A stretch of 64,000 nucleotides of DNA. It comes from Antechinus flavipes (taxonomy: Eukaryota). Below are positions 1 through 11,439 of the stretch, one piece after another. The DNA lies in assembly GCF_016432865.1 (NCBI RefSeq), contig NC_067400.1, positions 620,558,001 through 620,622,000 on the forward strand, written 5' to 3'. Made by a program: the position numbers and the translations under genes. The notes below the pieces were generated by a model. The model worked only from the letters and a program-made list of their open reading frames with translations, had not been told where the DNA came from and searched no databases. Every line of letters starts with the position of its first letter. Position 1 is the stretch's first letter.

Positions 1-1055
1 GTTTGGCGTGTAGTATGGATTTAATGATTTTTGATTGTTTTGAGAATGTTCTGTACCTCTCTCCCCATCCCCAATAAGTCCTTCAGCTTTGTATCGGCCT
101 GTTATCCTTTGTCTTCTAACATTTGTAATGTACCATTAGGTACCAATCACCTCTTTCTTATCTCCAGGAAGAATGAGACTGTGATAGCGAAGGAGGCAAT
201 TTTGTGGCTCTTGTCACAAGAAATAAGAATGTTCTACTAAAAAAGAGACATGCAAGGCAATTTTTTCACATTTCAGTATTCTGCGGTTCCTTTGGAGTGC
301 TCTTGAAGCAGATTTCAGTCCCTTCACAAACCTATAACTTCAGGTTTATTTTCTTCCTTGCTTAGAGATCAATATTCTGGTGATAAACTAATTAAAGTAC
401 ATTCAACTGAACTGCTACTTGGAAAATGACATGGAATAAGGAAGTTGAGCCCATATTCCAAAGCTTTCAAGTGAGAGAAATTATATTAACTGATGATTTA
501 GAGAGATTCCTATTTCCTCCTTTTTTTAATCCTCCTTTCAAGATCTCAGTCTCTGAAGGTTGAGCTAACCTTTTTCTTTCCCTAGACCTCACCCAAGAGA
601 AGCAGCCATTCTGTTCCACTCAGGTTTGGGTGGGGCATAAATTCTTTGAACAGATTGCCCAAGATTGGGGGGACTTAAAGTAGATGACATAATCGAGGTT
701 CAGGTCCAACCCCACATTTCAGTATTTATTTGCCCATTATTTATTATCTAGAATTGATTGTTACTCCTTTCCCAAAAGTATATATAAGCTGGGAGTCCAC
801 TGCCATGATGTTCTTTGGTCTGAGAGATAATCAAATGACTATCCTTTTTTTTTTTTAATGTTGGCATTATTAATAAAATGATTAAATTGACCAGAAGATA
901 TGTTCCTTGAACTTTTAAACTACCACGCAAATCATATTCCTTCTATTCCTAGAAGATTATAGAGTCTCAGACTCTGTCCTGTGTCCAAACCATCATTTTC
1001 TCATATGCATTATCTCAAAATAACTTTTACACTGCTTGCCTCTGAGGATTTAAGA

Positions 1056-1252
1056 CAGTGGTTTTCAAACTTTTGTTTTCAGTATCTTTATCCTATTAAA
1101 AATGATGGAGGATCTCTCCAAAGTGTTTTTATCTGGATTATATTTATAGACATTTACCATATTGGAAATAAAAACTATTTTTGAATTTGTAGACCCTCTA
1201 AAAGGGTTTCAGAGATTCCCAGGATTCTCTAGCCATACTTTGAGAACCACTG
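1056..1252 (+). mobile_element. Second, inverted copy of the same hAT MITE, with only one TSD copy
   Basis: Same TIRs. Left flank ATTTAAGA is the reverse complement of the TSD; right flank CTTGAATC does not match it. Confidence 0.85.
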
Positions 1253-1646
1253 CTTGAATCCTACCTCAAATGTCTACTCCCTAAGTCACTTACCCTCCCT
1301 TTGCCTCTATTTCCTTCTCTAATAAATCTACAAAATCCCCAATAGCCAACCATTCACTCTCCACTTGGAAACCACCACTTCCTTGCCCCTAATATCACAG
1401 AATCATGGAATTTTAGAATCAGAAGGGACCATGGTGGTTAATAAGTGACCTGCCTTAAGATCACAGGAACCGTTTATGAACCAGTATAGTGGAGGGGGAC
1501 ACTTACTATATATTCCTATGTCAATTCCAAACAGTTTTGGAGGACTGAAGTCTGAATCCCAGCTCTGTTCTTTGGCATTTCCCCTTCCTCAGCTATAAAG
1601 TGCAAGAGCTCAAGTAGTTAACAGCTCAGGTAGTTAACTCTTAAAT

Positions 1647-1843
1647 CAGTGGTTCTCAAAGTATGGTCTAGAGAATCCTGGGAATCTCTGAAACCCTTTT
1701 AGAGGATCTACAAATCCAAAAATAGCTTTTATTTCCAATATGGTAAATGTCTATAGATCCAGATAAACAAAAACGCTTTGGAGAGATCCTCCATCATTTT
1801 TAATAGGATAAAGATACTGAAAACAAAAGTTTGAAAACCACTG
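1647..1843 (-). mobile_element. hAT/Charlie-like MITE with intact 8-bp TSD
   Basis: Terminal inverted repeats CAGTGGTT...AACCACTG, flanked by the perfect direct repeat TCTTAAAT (1639-1646 and 1844-1851). An 8-bp TSD is typical of hAT elements. Strand is assigned relative to the copy at 1056-1252. Confidence 0.85.
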
Positions 1844-2124
1844 TCTTAAATCCTCAGAGGCAGGCAGTGTAAAAGTTATTTTGAGATAATGCATATGAGA
1901 AAATGATGGTTTGGACTTGCCCAGGACTAGCTGCAAATCTGGGATTCATTCAAACCTATGTTAGGATTATTCATTGGTTCTTTGAATAAACATATTAAGT
2001 GCTAATTATATTCATAGTTATAAGTATATATGGTTTTATATGTGTGTACATTATATATTGACAGGTAGATAGGTAGATAGAGTTATATATACAGCATTGT
2101 GCTTAAAAGTGAGGAAACAAAATT

Positions 2125-2305
2125 TAGCAGTGTGGGGCAATGCAAAGAACTAGACTTTGGAAACAGAGAGGAACTCTGTTCGAACCCTCTGAGATATTTA
2201 TTACAAGTGAGCTTGGAAAAGGCATATACTTTTTTTGTACCCCTGTTTCCTCATCTACAAAAAGAGTTTGTTTTAAATGGCTTCTGAAGCCCTTAAGGTC
2301 TATAA
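2125..2305 (+). mobile_element. MIR/MIR3-like CORE-SINE relic
   Basis: Degenerate CORE motif (ctgtttcctcatctacaaaa) and a MIR3-like 3' end. Confidence 0.6.
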
Positions 2306-2836
2306 CTTAAGTACATAGGCCTGGTCCTCATGAAGCTGGATGTTCTTCTTGGGGATTAAGAAACACAGAAAAGTAGAATATGAAAGCTAGTTCAGCTTCC
2401 TAAATTGCATTGCTGAAGCCTGAGAATCTGGGGCTTCTGAAGCTTTGCAATGAAACGGCTGCAAGGGAGAGGATGGGGGATAGGATGTCTGTAGGAAAGG
2501 GACCCCATCAGAAAAAGACCCTGAGATGCTCGGGGTTTGATTCCTTTTCTGCTCCTTGTTACTAATTTTGGGCCTTTTGTATAATTAGGGAGTTGGACTC
2601 ATGAGAAGTAGGCCTTCAAGCTGAAATTGTGATCTTTTATACCATTCAAATTGTCTTCAGGCATAGAATTGGGCAGATCCCTCCTCTGCCACTGTAGTGA
2701 AGGACAGTGAGTGGCCACAGACCTTCAATCTCTCCTCTGCTGGGGTCCTCCTACTGAGCAAATACCAGAGAAGAGGCTATAAATGTCTGCCTCTGATACC
2801 AGGTCTCTGTGACCTGACTTTAAAGATTATGTGGCT

Positions 2837-2986
2837 GTAAAGGACTGATTGCCATCTGGGGGAGGGGATGAAGGGAGAGAGGGGAAAAATCGGAACAGAA
2901 GTGAATGCAAGGGATAATGCTGTAAAAAATTACGCTGGTATGGGTTCTATCAATAAAAAGTTATTAAAAAAAAAAAAGAAAAAAAA
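2837..2986 (+). mobile_element. Young 5'-truncated L1 3' end with perfect 16-bp TSD
   Basis: L1 3'UTR, AATAAA and poly(A), flanked by TAAAGATTATGTGGCT at 2821-2836 and 2987-3002. Same family as the insert at 49989-50361. Confidence 0.9.
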
Positions 2987-3063
2987 TAAAGATTATGTGG
3001 CTTTTGGTAACCTGTAAGCATAAGGGCTTTAATGGAGGGAGCTTGCACATGAGGAAAAAACCG

Positions 3064-3210
3064 GTTTTTGTTTGTTTTTGCAAGACAATTCAGGGTTAAG
3101 TGACTTTTTCAGTTCACACATCTAGTGTGAAGTGTCTGAGATCAGATTTGAACTCAGGTCCTTCAGTCTTCAGGGCAACTGCTCTATTCATTGTGCCATC
3201 TAGCTGCCAC
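3064..3210 (-). mobile_element. WSINE1-like short marsupial SINE
   Basis: Reverse complement reads GGCAGCTAGATGGCACAATGAATAGAGC...GAGTTCAAATC...GTCACTTAACCC plus an A-rich tail. Confidence 0.85.
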
Positions 3211-3305
3211 TAATCCTAGGTTCTTGATATATTTGTGTGTGCCCGTGGGCAAGTTTGTATAGTCATGATTGGGATATGCATTAATGTATAATCCAATGAC
3301 ATTTG

Positions 3306-3338
<33 letters not shown>

Positions 3339-3344
3339 TGTGTG
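3306..3344. repeat. (TG)n microsatellite
   Basis: Read directly from the sequence. Confidence 0.98.
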
Positions 3345-4351
3345 ACACTGGACTTTTATGTCACCATCCAGGGGTCTCAGATTAGGAATCAAGAGGTAGA
3401 GATTCTAGTTTTGGCCCTCTGCTGTCATTTTGGGCAAATCCATTTCCTCTCTAAGCCTCCACTTTCTTCCTTGTCAAAGAGAAAAATGATTTTTTTTTAT
3501 CAACTTATCTGTATTTCCTTTTTCTTTTCCTTCTTCTCCCTCTCCCTCCCTCCCTTTCTTTCCTTCCTTTCCTCCTTCCCTCCTTTCTCCTCTGTGTCTC
3601 ATCTTATCCAGATTTTATCCTTCCCAGAGTGGAAAACATTGCTCTGAATAGTAATGCAATACAATACAATTATTTCTCGATGATTTAATAGAATTAGTCA
3701 GCTCAGCATACTTTATCTTCTTTCTATTAATCACTAATGAAGTTCTTCCGAAACTCCAAGCCTGTTTTAGCCGAGGGATTTGTGATACGGAAAGAGAGGA
3801 GGTATACGTACTGAGGTCCGGAGGTTCAGGTAATTGCAGGTCCCTAAAGGCCAGCCATAGTCTGAAGGCAACAGTAAGCAGATGGACATGAGGAAGAGAA
3901 CCAGTTCACTACATTACGAGTTCCTTAAAGGAAATGTTATTTAAACTTTGTGCTGCATTTCCATCCGTTTGAGCTGTGTTTTGTATACAGCAGCTGCTTA
4001 AGCAATGTTTGTAGAATGATTAAGTGAGTAAGTAGCCGACATAGTCATACAGCTTCCACCCTCACATATTTCCTCACATATCCCGAGTCTCGTACATTAA
4101 TTGCTTCATTGGGCAATTGAATTTCTCAACACCCTCTTTGTTATGAGCTGGCTGATCATTCAGGCAGGCATCCAAGGCTCTTCCCATCCAAATTCATCAG
4201 CTCCTCTGTAAAGCACGGACCCCTGGTTGTCTATCAACCAGCAGGCAGAGGGATTGAGTAGTTGATAAAATGGGCAAAAGAAAAAAAGAAAAGGAAAGGA
4301 AACCCCACAATGTTCCTACCAATTTGAATCATCTCAAATTGGCATATGGGA

Positions 4352-4600
4352 CAGTTAGGTGCCACAGCGGATAAAGGGCCAGGCTTGGAATCAGGAGGAC
4401 TCATCTTCCCGAGTTCAAATCCAGGCGCTGACACTTCCTAGCTGTGTGACCCTGGGAAAGGCACTTAATTTTGTCTGCCTCAGTTTCCTCATCTGTAAAC
4501 TGAGTTGGAAGGAAGTGGCCAACCTCTCCTATATCTCTGCTAAGAAAACCCCAAATGGGATCAAGAAGAGTCAGGACTGAAAGGACTGAGTAACAAGAAG
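4352..4600 (+). mobile_element. MAR1-like CORE-SINE
   Basis: tRNA-like head, CORE (ctagctgtgtgaccctggg...cctcagtttcctcatctgtaaa) and RTE-like tail (aagaaaaccccaaatggg...gactgagtaacaa). Confidence 0.85.
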
Positions 4601-5279
4601 TTGGAATAGAATAGAGCTGCTAGTGAGCTCCCAGACATCACTGCTGAGGCACTGAAGGGATCCCACTCTGGAGTTGCCCCCACATCCCAAGTGACTTTCT
4701 TTTAAGCAAATTCTTTCGGTGTCTGGAGCCCCATTCATCTGGTGCTTCCTCTAGGAGACTTTTTCTGATCCCATGGCCTTAGTGTGTTTCTCCTTCTTCT
4801 GAATTCGTGTAATACCCAGAATCCTCAGCTGCTAGGGATCAAGGGGCCTCAGGAGTTAATCAATCCTACCCGCCTCCCTTGGCACTGGGCAAACTGGTGC
4901 AAGTGAGGGGACTTGGCCGAGGTCACACACACAACGGGATTTCTGTCTCCGAGGAGCACCGGGCACATAGTAGGTGCTTTGGTGGTTGAGATGGGGAGAA
5001 AGTGGAGGGGCGAGGAGGGATGGTATATGGGAGATATATCAATAGAGGGAGTCCAGGCTCTAACCCTTGCCCTTCTGCATGACCTTGGGCCAGTTATATG
5101 CCCTTTCTGTGCCTCAGTTTCCTTTGGACTGTAAAATGGACGGCCTGTTTCTTCTTCTATAAAACAGGGGATGGGAAATAAGCGCAAACATCACCTAAAA
5201 CCTCCATCCCCTTCCTTCACCGCAGGGAGGGAATACCATAGAGACGAAGCGGGTCCTCCAATAGCCTAAAAAGGCCCAG

Positions 5280-6500
5280 AGAGACTGTGCGCAAGCGCAG
5301 ACTGATTGGGCCTTCTCGTGGAAGTCCCGGGAGGAGGGAAGGAAAGGTAGGGACACCAGGTGCGACCGTTTCACGGACTAAAGGGACCGGAGCGAGAGGA
5401 AGAGTTGTGTGGTTTGTCTTTCGTTTTCGAAGAGGAGAGGTGACCAGTGAAGGCCGCGGTCAGATGGCCTAAAGAAGTGATTGCGCCTGCGTGCGTACAG
5501 GGACGCGCCGAGAAGGCCGGTGGAAGGGGCCCCAGGAGCGTGTGCAGGATCTCCGCCAATCAGAAGTCAGTTGGGATACTTATGGCGAGAGCCAATGAGG
5601 GAGCGACTGGGGCTTTTTTGACCCGCCCAGGAAGAACGGGGGCGGAGCGAGGACGAGCGGCTGTGTCATCCCCATGGCAACACCGCGCCAGAGGAGGTTC
5701 GGTGCCCCAGCCGTAGTTGTCTGAGACCTAGCTCGTCTCGGACTTGACGTCATTACAGATTTAGGTGGGAGGGACCTCGGGGGCTGGGGAAGCCAACCTC
5801 CTCTTTTTACAGACAAACGGATGTTTCCGGTCTTGCAGCAAGCACTTATTAAGCACCTACTACGCGCCAGGCTCTGTGCTAACCCCCGGGGATTGGAAGC
5901 GCGTGGGACCCGTTAGCAGCATGTGGCGGACCTCCTGCTGGGACGGACCTTGGGGCTGCCGTAATGTGTTTAGCGCCCTCTCCCCAGATTTGAACGAAGA
6001 CGTGCAAATAGGACTAAAAAAGGAAGTTTATTTGTGTTTTGGCGCGATTGTAAATTAAATGCACTAAGTAGAATTTATTAAATACCCCTCTGGGTGGGGC
6101 AGCCGGCCGGTGGCTAGAGCACCACGCTCGGAGTCAGGGGTTTATCCTGTCTATCTCCGTTTCTTCAGGAGAAGGAAATGGCGACACACTCCAATATCTT
6201 TGCCAAGAAAACTCCCAATCTAGTCCCAAAGAGTCAGACACAGCTGAAAACGAGAGAACAGCAAGATGTGCGGGGCGGAGCATACCAAGCCCGGGGGAGA
6301 GATGGGGGCGGTGTGCACTGGGAAGGAAGGGGGGGGGGGCAGCTCTATAATTAAGGCCCCTTTCGGGGTTAGTCCTGGAGCTGAACTGTGAATGTTGCTA
6401 AGAGAAGACGAGGCAGGGAATGCTGGGCCCTGGAGAACTGTGGATCTGGAGGGGGGAGGGGTCTCGGACCCCATTCAGCTCAGCCCCGCCCATGGTCCCT
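5280..6500. promoter_or_regulatory. CpG-island promoter of an unidentified gene; direction uncertain, possibly bidirectional
   Basis: High GC and CpG density against an AT-rich background. NRF1-like TGCGCAAGCGCA 5288-5299; CCAAT boxes 5305-5309 (reverse), 5556-5560, 5592-5596; GC boxes near 5622-5648, 6272-6281, 6304-6311; RFX-like CCATGGCAAC 5671-5680; CRE TGACGTCA 5745-5752; TATA-like TATAATTAA 6346-6354. Confidence 0.85.
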
Positions 6501-6740
6501 TAGATCAGCGTTTGAACTTTCCTACTTGGGACCTCTTTCAACCGAGAAATTTGTATACGACTTCAGGTGTATAGGTGTATAAAATAGATACACAAACCAA
6601 ACACTGGTAAGTGAAATTTTGTGATGTGACCCCAAATGGGGACATGAGCCACAGTCCAGAAAGCTTTCAATAGATGACTGTATGAGTCTGGCTCTCCTAT
6701 ATGTATTTCCCGGGTAATTCAGGTTTGATATGTCAGGATG

Positions 6741-6789
6741 TTTGTCCACCAGGTGGCACTCTCACATTTGTCCACCAGGTGGCACTCTC
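6741..6789 (+). promoter_or_regulatory. Tandem-duplicated CTCF-like motif (2 x TGTCCACCAGGTGGCACTC, period 26 bp)
   Basis: Identical 23-bp units at 6741-6763 and 6767-6789, each matching the CTCF core CCACNAGGTGGCA. Confidence 0.7.
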
Positions 6790-6854
6790 TCCCTTCCTCA
6801 AGACTGTCATGAACCACCTACAGCGCCAAGGCTGTTTCCTTCTCTTTCTTTCTC

Positions 6855-7098
6855 NNNNNNNNNNNNNNNNNNNNNNNNNNNNNNNNNNNNNNNNNNNNNN
6901 NNNNNNNNNNNNNNNNNNNNNNNNNNNNNNNNNNNNNNNNNNNNNNNNNNNNNNNNNNNNNNNNNNNNNNNNNNNNNNNNNNNNNNNNNNNNNNNNNNNN
7001 NNNNNNNNNNNNNNNNNNNNNNNNNNNNNNNNNNNNNNNNNNNNNNNNNNNNNNNNNNNNNNNNNNNNNNNNNNNNNNNNNNNNNNNNNNNNNNNNNN
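6855..7098. other. Assembly gap (N run)
   Basis: 244 N bases, flanked by pyrimidine-rich simple sequence. Confidence 1.
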
Positions 7099-7169
7099 TT
7101 TGTTCTTTCTCCTAACAGATTATTAGAACGATAGCACTTCTAAGGTTAGGAACCTCAGGATTACTGCTG

Positions 7170-10100
7170 TATTTTTCCTCGAAGTTGCAACCCAACATAT
7201 TCATTTTCCATTTCTTTGCCACCACAAAAAGAGCTGCTATAAATATTTTTGCACATGTGGGTCTTTTCTCCTTTGATCTCTTTGGGATGTACAGACATGG
7301 CAGTGATATTGATGGATCAAAAGGTAATACATAGAGTTATAGCCCTATAGGCATCGTTCCAAATTGCTCTCCAGAATGGTTGGATCATTTCCCAACTCCC
7401 CTAACTGCATTAGTGTCCCCATTTCCTCACATCCCTTCCAACTTTTATCATTGTCTTGTCATTTTAGTCAATCTGATGGGTGTGAGATGGTACCTCAGAA
7501 CTGTTTTAATTTGCATTTATCTTATCAATCAATAGTGACTTAGAACATTTTTTCATGTGACTATAGATGACTTTAATTTCTTCATCTGAAAATTGTTCAA
7601 ATCTTTTGATCATTTATCAATTGGGGATAATTTTTTTTCTTATAAATCTGACTCAGTTCCTTTATATATTTTAGAAATGAGGCCTTTATCAGAAACACTG
7701 GCTGTAAATTCTCCCCCCTCCCCAGCTTTCTGTTTTCCTTCTCGTCTTAGCTGCATTGGTTTTGTTTGTGGAAAACCTTTTTGACTTAATGTAATCAAAA
7801 TTATCCATTTTGCATTTCATAATATTCTCTAGCCATTTTCTTTGGCTATAAATTCCTTCCTTCTCCAAAGGTCTGACAGGTAAACTATACCTTGCTCTCC
7901 TAATTTAGTTATAGTATCACTTTTTACACTTAAATCATTTACCCATTTTGAAGTTATTTTAGTATGGGCTGTGAGATATAGGTCAATGCAGAGTTTGTGG
8001 TATAGCATTTTCCAGTTTTTCCAGCAATTTTTGTCAAACAGTGAGTTCTTACTTCAGAAGTTGGAGTCTTTGGATTTATAAACACTAGATTATTATAGTC
8101 ATTGACTATTCTACTGATCCACCTCTCTATTTCTCAGCCAGCACCAAGTAGTTTTGATGACTGTTGCTTTATAATAGAGTTTTAGGTCTGATATTGTTAG
8201 GATATCATCTTTTGTATTCTTTTTCATTAATTCTCTTGATATTGTTTTCTAAAGTTGTTGATTGTTTCAAGAAGTTTTTTTAGTTGATACTCTACAATTC
8301 TTTAAACATACCATCAAATCATCTGCAAAGAGGAATAGTTTTATCTCTCATTACCTACTCTAGTTCCTTCAAATTCTTTTTTCTTTTCTTATTTCTAAAG
8401 CCAACATTTCAAGTACAGTATGGAATAATAGTAGTGATAATAGGCATCCTTGTTTCTGATTTTATTGGGAATGCGTCTAGCTTCTCCCCATTACACATAA
8501 TGCTTGCTGATGATTTTAGATAGATACTTAAGGTAAACTCCATCCATTCCTGTGCTTTCTAGTGTTTTTAATAGGAATAGATGCTGTATTTTGTCAAAAA
8601 CTTTTTCTGCATCTATTGAGATTATCATATTTCTGTTAGTTTTGTTATTGATGTGATTAATTATGCTAGTAGTTTTCTTATATTGAACCAGTTCTACATT
8701 CCTGGTATAAATCCCAGTTCGTCACAGTGTATTATCCTCCTGATAAAAAAATCTCCTTGCTAACATTTAATTTGAAATTTTTACATCAGTAGGGGGATTC
8801 ATCTATAATTTTCATTCTCTGTTTTAGCTCTTCCTGGTTTGGTGCCAATATCATATTTGTGTCTTAAAAGGAATTTGGCAGGACTCCTTCTTCACCTATC
8901 TTTCCAAATAGTTTATATAATATTGAAATTAATTGTTCTTTAACGATTTGATATAATTCACTTGTAAATTCATTTGGTCTGGGGAATGAATTCCCTCCTT
9001 AGGAGTTCATTGATGACTTGTGCACTTTCTATTTCTTTTTTTTTTTTTTTTTTGAATATATATTTTTTATTATAGCTTTTTATTTACAAGATATATGCAT
9101 GAGTAATTTTTTATCATTAATAATTACAGAACCTTTTGTTCCAATTTTTCCCCTCCTTCCCCCACCCTCTCCCCTGATGGCAGGTTGACCAATACATATA
9201 AAATATATCACTTTTTATTTCTAAAATAGGGTTATTTAAGTTTTTTAATTTTCTCTTCTGTTAGTCTGGACAATTCATATTTCTTTAAATATTTATCCAT
9301 TTGAATTAGATTGTTAGATTTTTTTGCCATACAGTTGGGCTTTAATTGTTGCTTTAATTTCTTTTTCATTGGTGGTAGGTTCATCCTTTTCATTTTTAAT
9401 GCTGATAATTTGATTTTCTTTTCTTTTTCTAGTCAAATGAACCAAAGTTTATTTATTTGTTTGTTTCCCTTTATAAAACCAACTCTTCATTTTATTTATC
9501 AGTTCAATAGTTCTCTTTCCATTTTATTAATCTTTCGATTTTCAGAATTTCTAAGTTGATATTTAATTGAGAGTTTTGAATTTGTTCTTCTAGCTTTTTG
9601 AGTTGCATGCCCAATTCATTGAAATTCTCTTTCTCTATTTTATTCCTATAAGTAGTTAGAGATTTGAAATTCCCTTAAGAAACTATTTTGACTGCATCTT
9701 ATAAGATTTTGCTATGTTGTTTAATTATTGACATTCCTTTGGATGAAATTATTGATTGTTTCTATGATTTGTTTTTTGACCCACTTATTCTTTAGGATTA
9801 GATTATTTAATTTCCAGTTGGTTTTGGTCTAGCTTTTCCTGGCCCTTTATTGAATGTAATTTTTATTATACTGTGATCTGAAAAAGTTGCAGTTACTAAT
9901 TTTTGTCTTTCAGCATTTGATTGTGAAGTTTATATGGCCTAATACATGGTGAATTTTTGTGTGGGTGCCTATTGAAAAACGATCTATTTCTTTCTATCCC
10001 AATTTAGTTTTTTCCAAATGTCTATGAAATCTAAGTTTTTAAAGTTCTATTAACCTCCCTAAGTTCTTTTTTGTTTATTTTGTGATTAGAGTTATCTAAT

Positions 10101-10430
10101 TCTGAGAGGGGAAGGTTGAAGTTCCCTATTAGTATTTATGTTGTTCTCTGTTTCTTTCTGTAACCGACTTAACATCTTGTCTAAGAATTTGGATGCTATA
10201 TCACTTGGAACATATATATTTAGTATTGTTATTACTTCATTGTGAATGGTACCTTTTAACAAGATGTAGCTTCCTTCCTGATCTCTTTTGATTAACTCTT
10301 TTAATCAAAACATAAATTTTAATTAACCAATTAATTAACTAATTAAATTAACTTTTAATTAATTTTAATTAATTAGCAAAAAATTTTGCTTTTGCTTTGT
10401 CTGAAATCAGAATTGATGTCCTTGTTTTTT
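7170..10430 (-). mobile_element. Degenerate L1 ORF2 fragment, antisense, with internal deletions
   Basis: The minus strand near 8560-8628 translates to MIISIDAEKVFDKIQHLFLLKTL (L1 RT motif). L1-like antisense sequence is present throughout. Confidence 0.93.
9037..9208 (-). mobile_element. Short L1 3' end nested in the older L1
   Basis: Poly(T) plus L1 3'UTR; TSD CACTTTCTATTTCT (9023-9036) / CACTTTTTATTTCT (9209-9222). Confidence 0.85.
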
Positions 10431-10439
10431 TTTTTCCCT

Positions 10440-10900
10440 AGTATAATCATGTTAAATTCTTCTAAACATATTTCCATATTCCTCATGCTGCGTAAGAAGA
10501 ATCAGACCACGAGAAAGAAAAAGAAAGCAAGCAAGCAAATGACAACAAAAAGGTGAAAATACTATGCTGTGATCCATATTCAGTCTCTATGGTTCTCTCT
10601 CTTTTTGTGGATGGCATTTTCCATTCCAAGTCTATTGGAATTGCTTTGAATCATCTCATTGTGGAAAAGTGCCAAGTCTATCACAGTTGATCATTGTATA
10701 ATATTATTGTTACTGGACACAGTGTTTTTCTTGGTTCTGCTTACTTCACTCAGCATCAGTTTATGTATATTTTTAGGAGTAGATTATTTAAATTTAAATC
10801 ATGAAAATATTTTCAGACTTTTCTGAAAGCAATATGCTCATCATTTCTTATAGAACAGTAATATTCCATTTCATTCATATAACATAACTCAGGGAAGATA
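10440..10900 (-). mobile_element. L1 3'UTR fragment
   Basis: Similar to the L1 3' ends at 49590-50670 (same strand) and 44705-45171 (opposite strand). Confidence 0.8.
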
Positions 10901-11439
10901 AATTTCTATGCCTAACTGAATATGTATGTTATTCCCTCTTTGAGACAAAGCTAATGAGATTAAGCTTCAGACAATGCTCATCTCTCTCCCTTCTGCAGTA
11001 AGAGGTGTTTTGTGCTTCTTCATGTGATCTAATTTACTTCATTCATCCCCTTGCTTCTCTCAGTACAACCTTTTCCCACTCCTTAACGACCTTTTCTTTA
11101 ATATCAGTTCAATTTATACCCACATCCTCTGTTTATGTAGGTCTCCTTTAATTGCCCTAATAAAAGATAGTTCTCAAGAGCTATAAGTATCATCTTCCCA
11201 TGTAGGGGAAATTATTTTACAGAGAATACACACAGGACAAGTGCTCACAAGATGTTCTGGAAAAGTGATACAAGGATACGCTCACGTCTCTCTTAAGAAC
11301 TTTAGAATCAGTTGTATGATATGGGAGACACGGCACAGGACTGCCAAGCATGGCATGCCCTCCTCAGAGAAGGTATTGTGCTCTATGAGCAAGACAGAAT
11401 TTAATTAGCCCAGAAGAAACTCTTGATGTCCTAAGTTAA

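Larger units (their letters stand above)
983..1916. repeat. Long inverted repeat: arms 983-1252 and 1647-1916, spacer about 394 bp
   Basis: The reverse complement of 1647-1916 aligns to 983-1252 with about 6 substitutions and 3 small indels (hand alignment). It also shows up as near-identical peptides in ORFs 981..1184(+) and 1751..1936(-). Confidence 0.97.

Noticed and set aside
765-819. Possible minus-strand exon (PKNIMAVDSQLIYTFGKG)
   Set aside because: Weak pyrimidine tract and donor, all three frames open, peptide not recognised.
3064-4600. tRNA-like A/B-box sequences
   Set aside because: They are the tRNA-derived heads of SINEs, not tRNA genes. No rRNA, tRNA, snRNA gene or CRISPR array was seen anywhere in the window.
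5287-6582. Many short ORFs across the CpG island
   Set aside because: Expected from high GC content; several start at non-ATG codons and none resembles a known protein.
6701-7134. 141-aa and 134-aa ORFs
   Set aside because: Artefacts of reading through the N gap.
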